From Myxococcales bacterium (lineage in GTDB: Bacteria > Myxococcota_A > UBA9042 > JABWCM01 > BTVJ01), in contig BTVJ01000009.1 in assembly GCA_045863395.1 (NCBI GenBank), positions 1 to 64,000 on the forward strand: a stretch of 64,000 bases of DNA, written 5' to 3'. The notes under the pieces are model-generated. The model saw only the letters and a program-made list of their open reading frames with translations, made no database searches and was not told the origin of the DNA. The translations under genes and the position numbers were made by a program. This document shows positions 43,462 through 51,842 of the stretch, one piece after another (the first letter of the stretch is position 1; the number at the start of each line of letters is the position of its first letter).

Positions 43462-44328
43462 ATGGCAGAGCCGTGCATCGGGGTCATCGGGGGGAGCGGC
43501 CTCTACGACATCGAGGGGCTGACCGACATCGACGAGGTGGCGGTGGAGACCCCCTTCGGCGCGCCGTCGGACGTGATCGTGGTCGGGCGGCTGCACGGCA
43601 CGCGCATGGCGTTTCTGCCGCGCCACGGCCGGGGCCACCGCTTCTCGCCCTCTGAGGTCAACTACCGCGCCAACCTGTGGGCGCTGCGGTCCCTCGGCGC
43701 CCGCCACGTCGTGTCGGTCAGCGCGGTGGGCAGCATGAAGGAGGGCATCGAGCCCGGCCACCTGGTGATGGTCGACCAGTTCGTCGACCGGACCGTGGGG
43801 AGGGCGCGCACCTTCTTCGAGGATGGCGTCGTCGCCCACGTGGGCTTCGGCCACCCGATCTGCGGGGCGCTCTCGCGGAGCCTCTACGATGCGGCCACAG
43901 GCAAGGGCTACGACGCCCACCTGGGCGGCACCTACGTGTGCATCGAGGGCCCCCAGTTCTCCACGCGCGCCGAGTCCATGCTCTTCCGCACGTGGGGCGT
44001 GGACGTCATCGGCATGACGGGGCTCCCCGAGGCGCGCCTCGCCCGGGAAGCCGAGATGTGCTACGCCACGATCGCCCTGGCGACGGACTACGACTGCTGG
44101 CACGAGGAGGAGGCCCACGTCTCCGTGGAGGCGGTCATGCAGATCATGTCGCAGAACGTGGCCAAGGCGAAGAGCGTCATCGCATCCATCGCCGCGGCGG
44201 GCATCCCGAGCGGCGACTGCGCCTGCCACCACGCCCTGCGCTACGCCGTGATGACGGATCCCAAGCGAATCCCGCCAGCCGTGCGCAGCAGGCTCGGCAT
44301 GTTCCTAGACCCCACCCTCCCCGCGTGA
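43462..44328 (+). CDS. mtnP: S-methyl-5'-thioadenosine phosphorylase
   Basis: GGSGLY, TPFG.PS, PRHG, SAVGS, EGPQFSTRAES, TDYDCW. Confidence 0.93.
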   Translation: MAEPCIGVIGGSGLYDIEGLTDIDEVAVETPFGAPSDVIVVGRLHGTRMAFLPRHGRGHRFSPSEVNYRANLWALRSLGARHVVSVSAVGSMKEGIEPGHLVMVDQFVDRTVGRARTFFEDGVVAHVGFGHPICGALSRSLYDAATGKGYDAHLGGTYVCIEGPQFSTRAESMLFRTWGVDVIGMTGLPEARLAREAEMCYATIALATDYDCWHEEEAHVSVEAVMQIMSQNVAKAKSVIASIAAAGIPSGDCACHHALRYAVMTDPKRIPPAVRSRLGMFLDPTLPA

Positions 44329-44335
44329 GGCACCC

Positions 44336-45253
44336 ATGAGCATCCTCGTCGTCGGCTCCGTGGCCTATGACACCGTCGAGACCCCCGCGGGCCGCGCCGA
44401 CGACGCCCTCGGCGGCAGCGCGACCTTCTTCACCACCGCCGCGTCCCTGTTCACGGACACGCGCCTCGTCGCCGTCGTCGGCGAGGACTTCCGCGAGCAG
44501 GACGTGGAGTTCCTGAAGAGCCGTCGGGCGGATCTCAGCGGGCTCCAGCGCGCCGCGGGACGCACCTTCCGCTGGGGCGGGCGCTACCACGCGTCCATGA
44601 ACACGCGGGACACGCTGTTCACCGAGCTCAACGTCTTCGAGTCCTTCGCGCCGGACATCCCGGAGCCCTTTCGCGACTGTCGCTACGTCTTCCTCGGGAA
44701 CATCGCGCCGGAGCTCCAGCTCCGGGTCCTGGAGCAGGTCCACGAGCCGCGCTTCGTGGCGTGCGACACCATGAACTTCTGGATCCAGGGGCGCCGGGAG
44801 GCCCTGGAGCGGCTGCTGCCCCGGGTCCACGCGCTGATCATCAACGACGAGGAGGCGCTGATGCTCTCGGGGGCGACCTCGGTGCTCCGCGCAGCCGCTC
44901 GCATCCAGGCGATGGGCCCCAAGACCGTGATCGTCAAGCGGGGGGAGCACGGCGCGCTGATGTTCAACAACGGCGACACCTTCTACACCCCGGCGTACCC
45001 GCTGGAGGTCGTCGTGGATCCGACGGGCGCCGGCGACACCTTTGCGGGCGGGTTCATGGGGTGGATCGCGTCGCAGGACGACCTGTCCGACGCCACGCTC
45101 CGGCGCGCCGTGGTCGCGGGCACGCTGATGGCCTCGTTCAGCGTCGAGGGCTTCAGCGTCGACCGGCTCAAGACCGTGGACCGGGATCAGCTCCTGGCCC
45201 GCTACCGGGAGCTGGCCTCCCTCACCCGCTTCGGAACCCTCGAGATCGGATGA
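44336..45253 (+). CDS. PfkB-family carbohydrate/nucleoside kinase
   Basis: GSVAYD, GGSA, DTMNFWI, DPTGAGDTFAGG. Confidence 0.92.
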   Translation: MSILVVGSVAYDTVETPAGRADDALGGSATFFTTAASLFTDTRLVAVVGEDFREQDVEFLKSRRADLSGLQRAAGRTFRWGGRYHASMNTRDTLFTELNVFESFAPDIPEPFRDCRYVFLGNIAPELQLRVLEQVHEPRFVACDTMNFWIQGRREALERLLPRVHALIINDEEALMLSGATSVLRAAARIQAMGPKTVIVKRGEHGALMFNNGDTFYTPAYPLEVVVDPTGAGDTFAGGFMGWIASQDDLSDATLRRAVVAGTLMASFSVEGFSVDRLKTVDRDQLLARYRELASLTRFGTLEIG

Positions 45254-46107
45254 TGAACCCCCGCGACATGGTCCTGGACGCGTTCCTCGGCGCCGTCTCC
45301 GGTGAGCGGTGGAGCCGCACGGTCGGCGCGCTGGCTGCGAGAGAGGTGCCACAGCCGCTGCTCCAGGCAGCGATCTCCGCCTATGTGAAGGCATATGGCG
45401 TGGACCTGAGCGAGGCGGCGGAGCCCGTCGAGTCCTTTCGGTCCTTCAACGCCTTCTTCACCCGCGCGCTCCGCGAGGGGGCGCGCCCCGTCTGCGAAGG
45501 CGAGGCCACCGTCGCGTCGCCCGCCGACGGCGCGCTGCTCAACCACGGCACCCTCGCCGACGGCCGCCTGAGGCAGATCAAGGGGCGGGACTACGGCCTG
45601 GACGAACTCTTGGGAAGCGCCGAGGAGGCCGAGGCCCTGCGATGCGGCCGCTACGCGACCATCTACCTCAGCCCCCGGGACTACCACCGGGTCCACTGCC
45701 CGCTGGACGGGCACATCGTGGGCTGGCGGTACATCCCCGGCGCGCTCTACCCGGTCAACCGCTTGGGCCTGGACCGGGTGGACCGGCTGTTCGCGACCAA
45801 CGAGCGCCTCGTCACGCTCCTCGACACGCCCGCCGCGGGCCGGGTGGCCGTGATCATGGTGGGGGCCACCTCCGTCGGGAACATCTCGGTCACCTACGAC
45901 GGCATCCACACCAACACCCCCCCGCGGGTCGCCCGCGAGGAGCGCCTGGCCACGCCAATCCCCGTGCGGAAGGGCGACGAGCTTGGCCGCTTCAACCTGG
46001 GGTCGACGGTGGTGCTGCTGGTCCAGGGGGCGCACATGCGCTTCGTGGGGCTGGCCGAGGGGCAGCGCCTGCGCATGGGCGAGGCGCTGATGTCGCCGGA
46101 GAGTTGA
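45250..46107 (+). CDS. psd: Phosphatidylserine decarboxylase proenzyme
   Basis: FNAFFTR, SPADG, YLSPRDYHR, NER, VGATSVG, and the F.LGST autocleavage motif. Confidence 0.93.
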   Translation: MMNPRDMVLDAFLGAVSGERWSRTVGALAAREVPQPLLQAAISAYVKAYGVDLSEAAEPVESFRSFNAFFTRALREGARPVCEGEATVASPADGALLNHGTLADGRLRQIKGRDYGLDELLGSAEEAEALRCGRYATIYLSPRDYHRVHCPLDGHIVGWRYIPGALYPVNRLGLDRVDRLFATNERLVTLLDTPAAGRVAVIMVGATSVGNISVTYDGIHTNTPPRVAREERLATPIPVRKGDELGRFNLGSTVVLLVQGAHMRFVGLAEGQRLRMGEALMSPES

Positions 46108-46113
46108 GCCCGA

Positions 46114-46713
46114 TCAGGGCTCGCCAGCGGGGGCAGGGGCGCCCGCGTCCGCGGGAGCCGGGGGTGGTGGCGGAGGCGGAGGGGCCTCGTCGGGGATCTC
46201 GAGCTGCAGCATCCCCTCGGTGCGCACGAAGACCTTGTCCGCGCTCCACTGGACGAGCCGCCCCTCGAGGCGCACGGGCTGGGCGATGGACACGGCCGCG
46301 ATCTGGATGGCCGTGCCGGTCACCAGGAGCTGCTGCGTCGGCCGCGCCAGATCGTCCGTGAGGAAGACGTGCGGTGGCGGGTGGCAGCCGGACACGATCT
46401 GCGGCTCAGGGGGCGCCCCGGCATCGGACTCGGGCACCTCCTCCACCGGGCACTCCACCTTGTCCACCACGATTCCACGGACCGCGATGGCCTTGCCCAT
46501 GAGCTCCGGCGCCCCTGCGAGCACCCCGGCGACCGTGTAGCTGCCGTCGTCGGCCCTGAGCCGCACCTCCTTCTTCTGAAGTGGCGGCGTGTCGGGGAGG
46601 TTGACCTTGCGCCGATCCGACTTCGGGCGCTCGGGCTCGTCCTCGAAGCTGCGGCAGGCGGGCGTCGCGAGGGAGAGGCTCACCGCGAGCGCGAAGAGGC
46701 TTGGTGCGCGCAT
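46114..46713 (-). CDS. Hypothetical lipoprotein (possible OB-fold)
   Basis: Lipobox-like TPAC; Pro-rich tail. Confidence 0.65.
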   Translation of the reverse strand: MRAPSLFALAVSLSLATPACRSFEDEPERPKSDRRKVNLPDTPPLQKKEVRLRADDGSYTVAGVLAGAPELMGKAIAVRGIVVDKVECPVEEVPESDAGAPPEPQIVSGCHPPPHVFLTDDLARPTQQLLVTGTAIQIAAVSIAQPVRLEGRLVQWSADKVFVRTEGMLQLEIPDEAPPPPPPPPAPADAGAPAPAGEP

Positions 46714-46718
46714 GGGGC

Positions 46719-47978
46719 CTACTCGTGTGTGACGGGCGGCACGACGCCCGGGAAGCTGACGACCGAGAGGCTGCTCGGCAGCACGTACACCGGGTGCCCA
46801 CCGAGGGAGACGGCCGCCCCGCCCTGCAGGATGGTCGCGGTGACGAAGTTGGGCCCCGGTGCCACGTCCAGACCGACGTAGCGGCCCAGGATGTTGGTGG
46901 AGCTGCGCTCCGGGACGGGGAGGGTGTCCTCCTCCAGGGCGTTGAAGTACCCGGTCTTCGACGGGGGCGTGCCGAAGCCCACCGTGGCCTCGGCGATGTG
47001 CCAGGAGGGGCGGCCAGAAGCCCCCTCGATGGCGCAGTCGCGGATGCGCCCGCCGATGGCGCCGTTGCCCGTGGCGATCTGGGTGCCAAAGGGGTTGGGG
47101 ACGGTCTTCCACTGGCCGTCGCTCACGATGGTCGGGTCGTAGCGGTAGGTCCCGTCCTTGGCGAAGGCGTCCAGGAAGATCACGTTGTAGAGGAACGTGC
47201 GGTGCCACGAGTCCTTCTCGTCGTCGGGCGGCGCCGTCATGATCACGAGCGGGGTGTTCGTCGGGATCCCGTCGATCTCATAGAGACCGTACTGCTCGCG
47301 GCAGGCGAAGAAGCCCTGGGCGTCGTTGCACTCGAAGCCAAGCGGACACTCGGGCGTCTCGTCGCAGTCGGTCCCCTCCGCCTTGAGGTCGGGGACGCGC
47401 GTGGAGATCGTCTGGCCCAGGATGGCGGCCGTGTCCGCGATGACCTCCTCGTAGCAGGCCAGCGCCTCGGCAGGCCCCATGGAGGCGCAGCGCCCCGGGT
47501 TGAACTTGGAGGCGTCGAAGATGCGGATGGTCATGCCCTCGGTGACCCCGCCGGAGCCGAACCGATCCAGGAAACCGTGGACCTTGACCTTGGCGCCCGT
47601 CGGGGCTGGCCACGCCTGGTCCACACACGCCAGGTTGGGCTTCTGGGACGTGTTCTCCTCGGTGAAGGGGTCGCTGATGGTGGACTCGACGGACGGCTTG
47701 CGCAGGCACAGGCCGCCGGGCTGCCCCCCGACAAGGCCGCACACCTGACTCGCCGCGCAGTCCGCGTCCTTCGTGCAGTGGTTCGAGAAGTCCTCGAAGG
47801 GCGTCGCCACGATGGGCCCCGTATCGCCCGTCGCCACCGTGTCGCCGCCCCCCGTGTCCTTGCCGGCGCTCGACCCTGCGTCTGCCGCCGCCCCCTCGCT
47901 CGTGTCACATGCGCCTGCCAGCGCGAGGGCCGCGCCCAGGGCAAGCGCCGCAAGCGCGCTCTCCAGTCTCGTCCGCAT
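46719..47978 (-). CDS. Hypothetical lipoprotein
   Basis: GAGGGAG RBS; lipobox AGAC; Cys modules followed by beta-sandwich-like domains. Confidence 0.75.
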   Translation of the reverse strand: MRTRLESALAALALGAALALAGACDTSEGAAADAGSSAGKDTGGGDTVATGDTGPIVATPFEDFSNHCTKDADCAASQVCGLVGGQPGGLCLRKPSVESTISDPFTEENTSQKPNLACVDQAWPAPTGAKVKVHGFLDRFGSGGVTEGMTIRIFDASKFNPGRCASMGPAEALACYEEVIADTAAILGQTISTRVPDLKAEGTDCDETPECPLGFECNDAQGFFACREQYGLYEIDGIPTNTPLVIMTAPPDDEKDSWHRTFLYNVIFLDAFAKDGTYRYDPTIVSDGQWKTVPNPFGTQIATGNGAIGGRIRDCAIEGASGRPSWHIAEATVGFGTPPSKTGYFNALEEDTLPVPERSSTNILGRYVGLDVAPGPNFVTATILQGGAAVSLGGHPVYVLPSSLSVVSFPGVVPPVTHE

Positions 47979-48016
47979 GGTACTCCCTCGTGTCACGGCG
48001 CCCCGGCGGGCGCCCC

Positions 48017-48508
48017 TCATTGCGACCGCTCGCCCCGGCCAGACGCCGCGTGGCGGCTCATCCACGACTCGAACACCGCCCGGAGCTCCGGGTCCGGAAT
48101 GACCTCGGCCACCCGACGGCACGCCTCACGCTCCCCTGGCGCCAGCTCCCGCGGGCGCGGCAGCGGAGGCAGCACCTCCTCTCGCCGAGCCGGCACCTCG
48201 CCGACCCTCACCGACAGCCGCCGGACCACGGGCCGCCCCAGGAGCAGGTTGGCCCCCGCGACCACGTGGTCCGCGAGGAGCGCCAGCTCTCGCGCCGCCA
48301 CCTCGGACGCCGCCACGGCGATGAGCTGCCCGCCCCGGAGGTCCGCGACCCCGGTGTCCGCCGCGTGGAGGCGCCCCACGATGCGCTCCCAGCCCCCTTG
48401 CAGGGCTCCAAGCTCCGCGCGGGAACCGCTCGGAACCCCTTGGCGCAGCGTTGCCAGCAGATCCCGAAGAGCCATCGGAGAGTCCTTGCGTGGGGCGGGG
48501 CGCGACAT
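48017..48508 (-). CDS. DUF721/DciA-like protein
   Basis: W..IVG pattern, L.V....A.EL; AGGAGAG RBS. Confidence 0.6.
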   Translation of the reverse strand: MSRPAPRKDSPMALRDLLATLRQGVPSGSRAELGALQGGWERIVGRLHAADTGVADLRGGQLIAVAASEVAARELALLADHVVAGANLLLGRPVVRRLSVRVGEVPARREEVLPPLPRPRELAPGEREACRRVAEVIPDPELRAVFESWMSRHAASGRGERSQ

Positions 48509-48636
48509 GCTCTCCTGCGTGGGACAGTCCAGAGACCCTCTAACATCGGATTGCCCTTGCGTCAACGATGGCGGTGACCGGACCGGGGGAGGCACGCGCA
48601 GGTTGGGCGCGCCCAGCAACCCAGCGAAGTTTCCCG

Positions 48637-48665
48637 TTGACAGCCCCCAGGTGGTGGGGTAAGGT
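48637..48665 (+). promoter_or_regulatory. Sigma70 promoter for tRNA-Val/rpmI-rplT
   Basis: TTGACA-N17-TAAGGT. Confidence 0.6.
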
Positions 48666-48812
48666 ACATCCCGCCTTGCCGCCGGATGAGGCGTAAGCCC
48701 ATGAAATCCAGCGCAAATTGCAGCTTCGAGGGCGCCGCCTGGGTCGAAGTGAACGGCGCAGGACGTGGAGTGAGCGCGGACTCGGTGACGAGGTGCCCCA
48801 GTTCTGGAACAT

Positions 48813-48884
<72 letters not shown>

Positions 48885-48964
48885 CTGAACCTTTTTCACA
48901 CCGAAGCAGGTCCAATCCCAGTCGGTAACGGGGTGGGCCAGGTCGTCCGATTCGGAGAGGGCAC

Positions 48965-49162
48965 ATGCCGAAGATCAGAACCAATCGCGCCGCTGCCAAG
49001 CGGTTCCGCCTCACCGCGTCGGGCAAGGTCCGCCGCAACAAGGCATACAAGAGCCACATCCTCACGAAGAAGTCGCGCACGCGCAAGCGCAACCTGCGCC
49101 AGAGCACGATCCTCGAGAAGGTGGATACGCATCTCATCAAGAAGCTGATCCCCTACGGCTAG
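48965..49162 (+). CDS. rpmI: 50S ribosomal protein L35
   Basis: MPKIRT..AAKRF..TASGK...HIL.KKS. Confidence 0.97.
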   Translation: MPKIRTNRAAAKRFRLTASGKVRRNKAYKSHILTKKSRTRKRNLRQSTILEKVDTHLIKKLIPYG

Positions 49163-49253
49163 GCAGCCCGGGCTCGGAACAGCACCTTGAGATGGCGCCC
49201 CCAGCGGGGTGCGCGTGGGACGCGAAGGCACAGCAGGTCAGGAGTAGAGCTTC

Positions 49254-49613
49254 ATGTCACGGGTAAAGGGTGGTTTCGTCACGCGCCGCCGCCGCAAGAA
49301 GGTCCTCAAGCTCGCCTCGGGCTACCGGGAGCGCAGGGGCAACACGTTCGCGGCGGCTCACGAGCAGGTCATGCGGTCCCTGCGGTACGCCTACGTTCAC
49401 CGGCGCCTCCGCAAGCGCGACTTCCGCCGCCTCTGGAACGCGCGCATCAACGCCGCCGCGCGCATGAATGGCACGCGCTACAACCAGCTCATGGACTGGC
49501 TCAAGAAGGCCGGCATCCAGCTTGATCGCAAGGTCCTGGCGGACCTGGCGGTGTTCGACCCGGCGGGCTTCGCTCGCGTGGTGGACACCGCGCGACAGGC
49601 CTCCGCCGCTTGA
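49254..49613 (+). CDS. rplT: 50S ribosomal protein L20
   Basis: MSRVK, RKRDFRRLW.RINAA, LDRKVLADLA. Confidence 0.97.
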   Translation: MSRVKGGFVTRRRRKKVLKLASGYRERRGNTFAAAHEQVMRSLRYAYVHRRLRKRDFRRLWNARINAAARMNGTRYNQLMDWLKKAGIQLDRKVLADLAVFDPAGFARVVDTARQASAA

Positions 49614-49888
49614 TCCGACGTGGCGCTTCCCGCCCCGGCTGAAGTCGGCTAGGATGCGCCGCTACGAGTCGAGGGCTCGTCCGCGCCTGCCCAAGAGGCG
49701 ACGGACGTGCGCTCTCCGTGGATCCGCAGCGCCGGGAGCACCGCGCAGTTGTCATCTCCGTTGTGGGGTGTCATGGCGGTCAGCTCGAGGGCTCGCCCAG
49801 AGCTCGAGAGGCTTCATGTCGAGGCGGCGCGGACGACGGTGCACCTGAGCGAGCGACGCAGCAGGACCGCAATGGAGGTCGAGGCACC

Positions 49889-50167
49889 ATGACGAAGGCG
49901 GACATCGTCGAGAGCGTGTACGAGAAGCTCGGTGGGTTCTCCAAGAAGGAGTCCGCCGAGATCGTCGAGATGGTCTTCGAGACGATGAAGGAGACCCTGG
50001 GACAGGGCGAGAAGATCAAGATCAGCGGCTTCGGCAACTTCGTCGTCCGCAAGAAGCGCGAGCGCATCGGTCGCAACCCGCAGACCGGCGAGGAGATCAA
50101 GATCTCCGCGCGTCGCGTGCTCACCTTCAAGCCGAGTCAGGTCCTCAAGAACGCCCTCAACGGGTAG
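49889..50167 (+). CDS. ihfA: Integration host factor alpha subunit
   Basis: MTKADI, KISGFGNF, GRNPQTG, RRVLTFKPS; conserved position before merR and tRNA-Pro. Confidence 0.93.
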   Translation: MTKADIVESVYEKLGGFSKKESAEIVEMVFETMKETLGQGEKIKISGFGNFVVRKKRERIGRNPQTGEEIKISARRVLTFKPSQVLKNALNG

Positions 50168-50227
50168 GCGAGCGACCCCGGGCCTCCCCGCGCTCGGTGC
50201 CTCCTCGCCGCCAAGCCTGAGGCGTCG

Positions 50228-50698
50228 ATGGACCTCCAGCTCCCCGACAAGCACTTCTTCAAGATCGGCGAGGTCTCCGACCTCCTCGGCGTGAAGCCCT
50301 ACGTGCTTCGCTACTGGGAGAAGGAGTTCCACCTCGTCCGCCCCCAGAAGTCCCGCACCAACCAGCGCGTGTACTCCCGCAAGGACGTGGAGCTGATCGC
50401 CCACATCAAGCACCTGCTCTACGACGAGAAGTTCACCATCGCAGGCGCCAAGATGCAGCTCCGGGAGTCGGGGCTCCGCACCGCAGCGCCCGAGGCCCCC
50501 GAGGGCAGCGGGCCGCGCAGCTTCCTGGAGGAGCGGGACGCCCTCGTCACGGAGCGCGACGAGCTCGCCCAGGAGGCGGACCTCCTGCGCGCGCGGGTGG
50601 ACGAGCTGGAGGAGGAGCTGCGGTGGCTCCGCGCCCTGGCGCTGGACGGCGTGCGCGGAATGCTCCAGGTCATCGACGCGGATGACAGACGGCGTTGA
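50228..50698 (+). CDS. MerR-family transcriptional regulator
   Basis: PDK.FFKIGEVS..V.PYVLRYWE.EF; conserved ihfA neighbour. Confidence 0.92.
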   Translation: MDLQLPDKHFFKIGEVSDLLGVKPYVLRYWEKEFHLVRPQKSRTNQRVYSRKDVELIAHIKHLLYDEKFTIAGAKMQLRESGLRTAAPEAPEGSGPRSFLEERDALVTERDELAQEADLLRARVDELEEELRWLRALALDGVRGMLQVIDADDRRR

Positions 50699-50764
50699 CC
50701 GGGCTCCAGCGTTGCCTCCTCCGCCGGTCGCCCCCGAACAGAGTCTCGGGTGAACACAACGAGG

Positions 50765-50795
50765 TTGACAACCTGGACGGCCGTGGGCTATAGAT
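50765..50795 (+). promoter_or_regulatory. Sigma70 promoter for tRNA-Pro
   Basis: TTGACA followed about 18 bp later by TATAGAT and a GC-rich discriminator. Confidence 0.6.
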
Positions 50796-50849
50796 GCGCC
50801 CCGACTCGCGGGGCCCTCGGGCACTGCGAGCCGCTCTCTTTGCACTGAC

Positions 50850-50926
50850 CGGGGCGTAGCGCAGTCTGGTAGCGCACTAGACTGGGGGTCTAGGTGTCGC
50901 AGGTTCAAATCCTGTCGCCCCGACCA
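50850..50926 (+). tRNA. tRNA-Pro(GGG)
   Basis: CGGGGCG/CGCCCCG acceptor stem, CTAGA-CTGGGGG-TCTAG anticodon arm, GGTTCAAAT, encoded CCA. Confidence 0.97.
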
Positions 50927-50944
50927 TTATCGAGCATCGAAGCT

Positions 50945-50978
50945 CCGCGGCGGGCCGTCCCGCCGCGGGGGTTTCTCT
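50945..50978 (+). terminator. Intrinsic terminator after tRNA-Pro
   Basis: Hairpin CCGCGGCGGG-CCGT-CCCGCCGCGG followed by GGGTTTCTCT. Confidence 0.6.
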
Positions 50979-51023
50979 CCTCTTCCAGCCGCGGAACTTC
51001 AGCGTCACACGCGAGGCACTCCC

Positions 51024-51521
51024 ATGCGCATCGTAGGGATCGCCGGCTGGAGCAACAGCGGCAAGACGACCCTCATCGAGCGGATCATCCCCCTGCTGGT
51101 CCGTGATGGCCTCCGCGTCTCCACGTTCAAACACGCCCACCATGGCTTCGACATGGACAGCCCGGGCAAGGACAGCTTCCGGCATCGGGCCGCCGGGGCC
51201 ACGGAGGTGCTGGTCGCCAGCGCCACCCGGTGGGCGCTGCTCCACGAGGGGCGCGAGGAGCCGGAGCCGGACCTGGACGCACTGCTGCCGCGCATGACCC
51301 CGGTCGACCTGCTGATCGTCGAGGGCTACAAGCGGCACAGGCACCCCAAGATCGAGGTGCATCGGCCATCTCTGGGCAAGAGCCTGATCCAGCCCGAGGA
51401 GCCGACGATCATCGCCGTGGCGAGCGACGGCGCGCTCCCCGCCCTGCCCGTACCTGTGCTGGACCTCGATGACCCGAAGCAGGTCGCCGACTTCCTCGTG
51501 AGCTTCGTGGGCCTCCGCTGA
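51024..51521 (+). CDS. mobB: Molybdopterin-guanine dinucleotide biosynthesis protein B
   Basis: GWSNSGKTT, KHAHH.FD.D.PGKDS.RH..AGA, VEGYK..HPKIEV. Confidence 0.95.
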   Translation: MRIVGIAGWSNSGKTTLIERIIPLLVRDGLRVSTFKHAHHGFDMDSPGKDSFRHRAAGATEVLVASATRWALLHEGREEPEPDLDALLPRMTPVDLLIVEGYKRHRHPKIEVHRPSLGKSLIQPEEPTIIAVASDGALPALPVPVLDLDDPKQVADFLVSFVGLR

Positions 51522-51538
51522 ACACTCGCCAGGGCTCA

Positions 51539-51702
51539 CAGGGTCGGCAACAAATCGCTGCACGCCCCTCATGGCCGCCTTCGGGCGCCTCGGCCCCGGC
51601 CAACCCCGGGAGGTACCCGAAGTACATCCACGGGGTTGGCCGAGGCCGATCCGCCGCGTGCTCCGCGCATGAGGGCCGCGCCCACGGTTGTTGCTGACCC
51701 TG
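51539..51702. mobile_element. 164-bp MITE-like element, copy 2 (inverted relative to copy 1)
   Basis: Ends CAGGGTCGGCAACAAAT...TTGTTGCTGACCCTG; TCA direct repeats; same length as copy 1. Confidence 0.85.
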
Positions 51703-51842
51703 TCAGGGACCCCGGGACGGCACGACCGCGCTCACGGGGGCCAGCCGTTGCGCTGCCGCCCTCGTTTTAAGGGGCCTTAAGGTGTGCGCCGTCGAGGGGC
51801 CGCTATCGTGACCCACCGGAGCACTCGAACCCGGAGGTCACC

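Noticed and set aside
49614..49888. pheS/pheT remnant or known riboswitch between rplT and ihfA
   Set aside because: No recognisable PheRS motifs, Phe-rich leader peptide or T-box consensus by eye.
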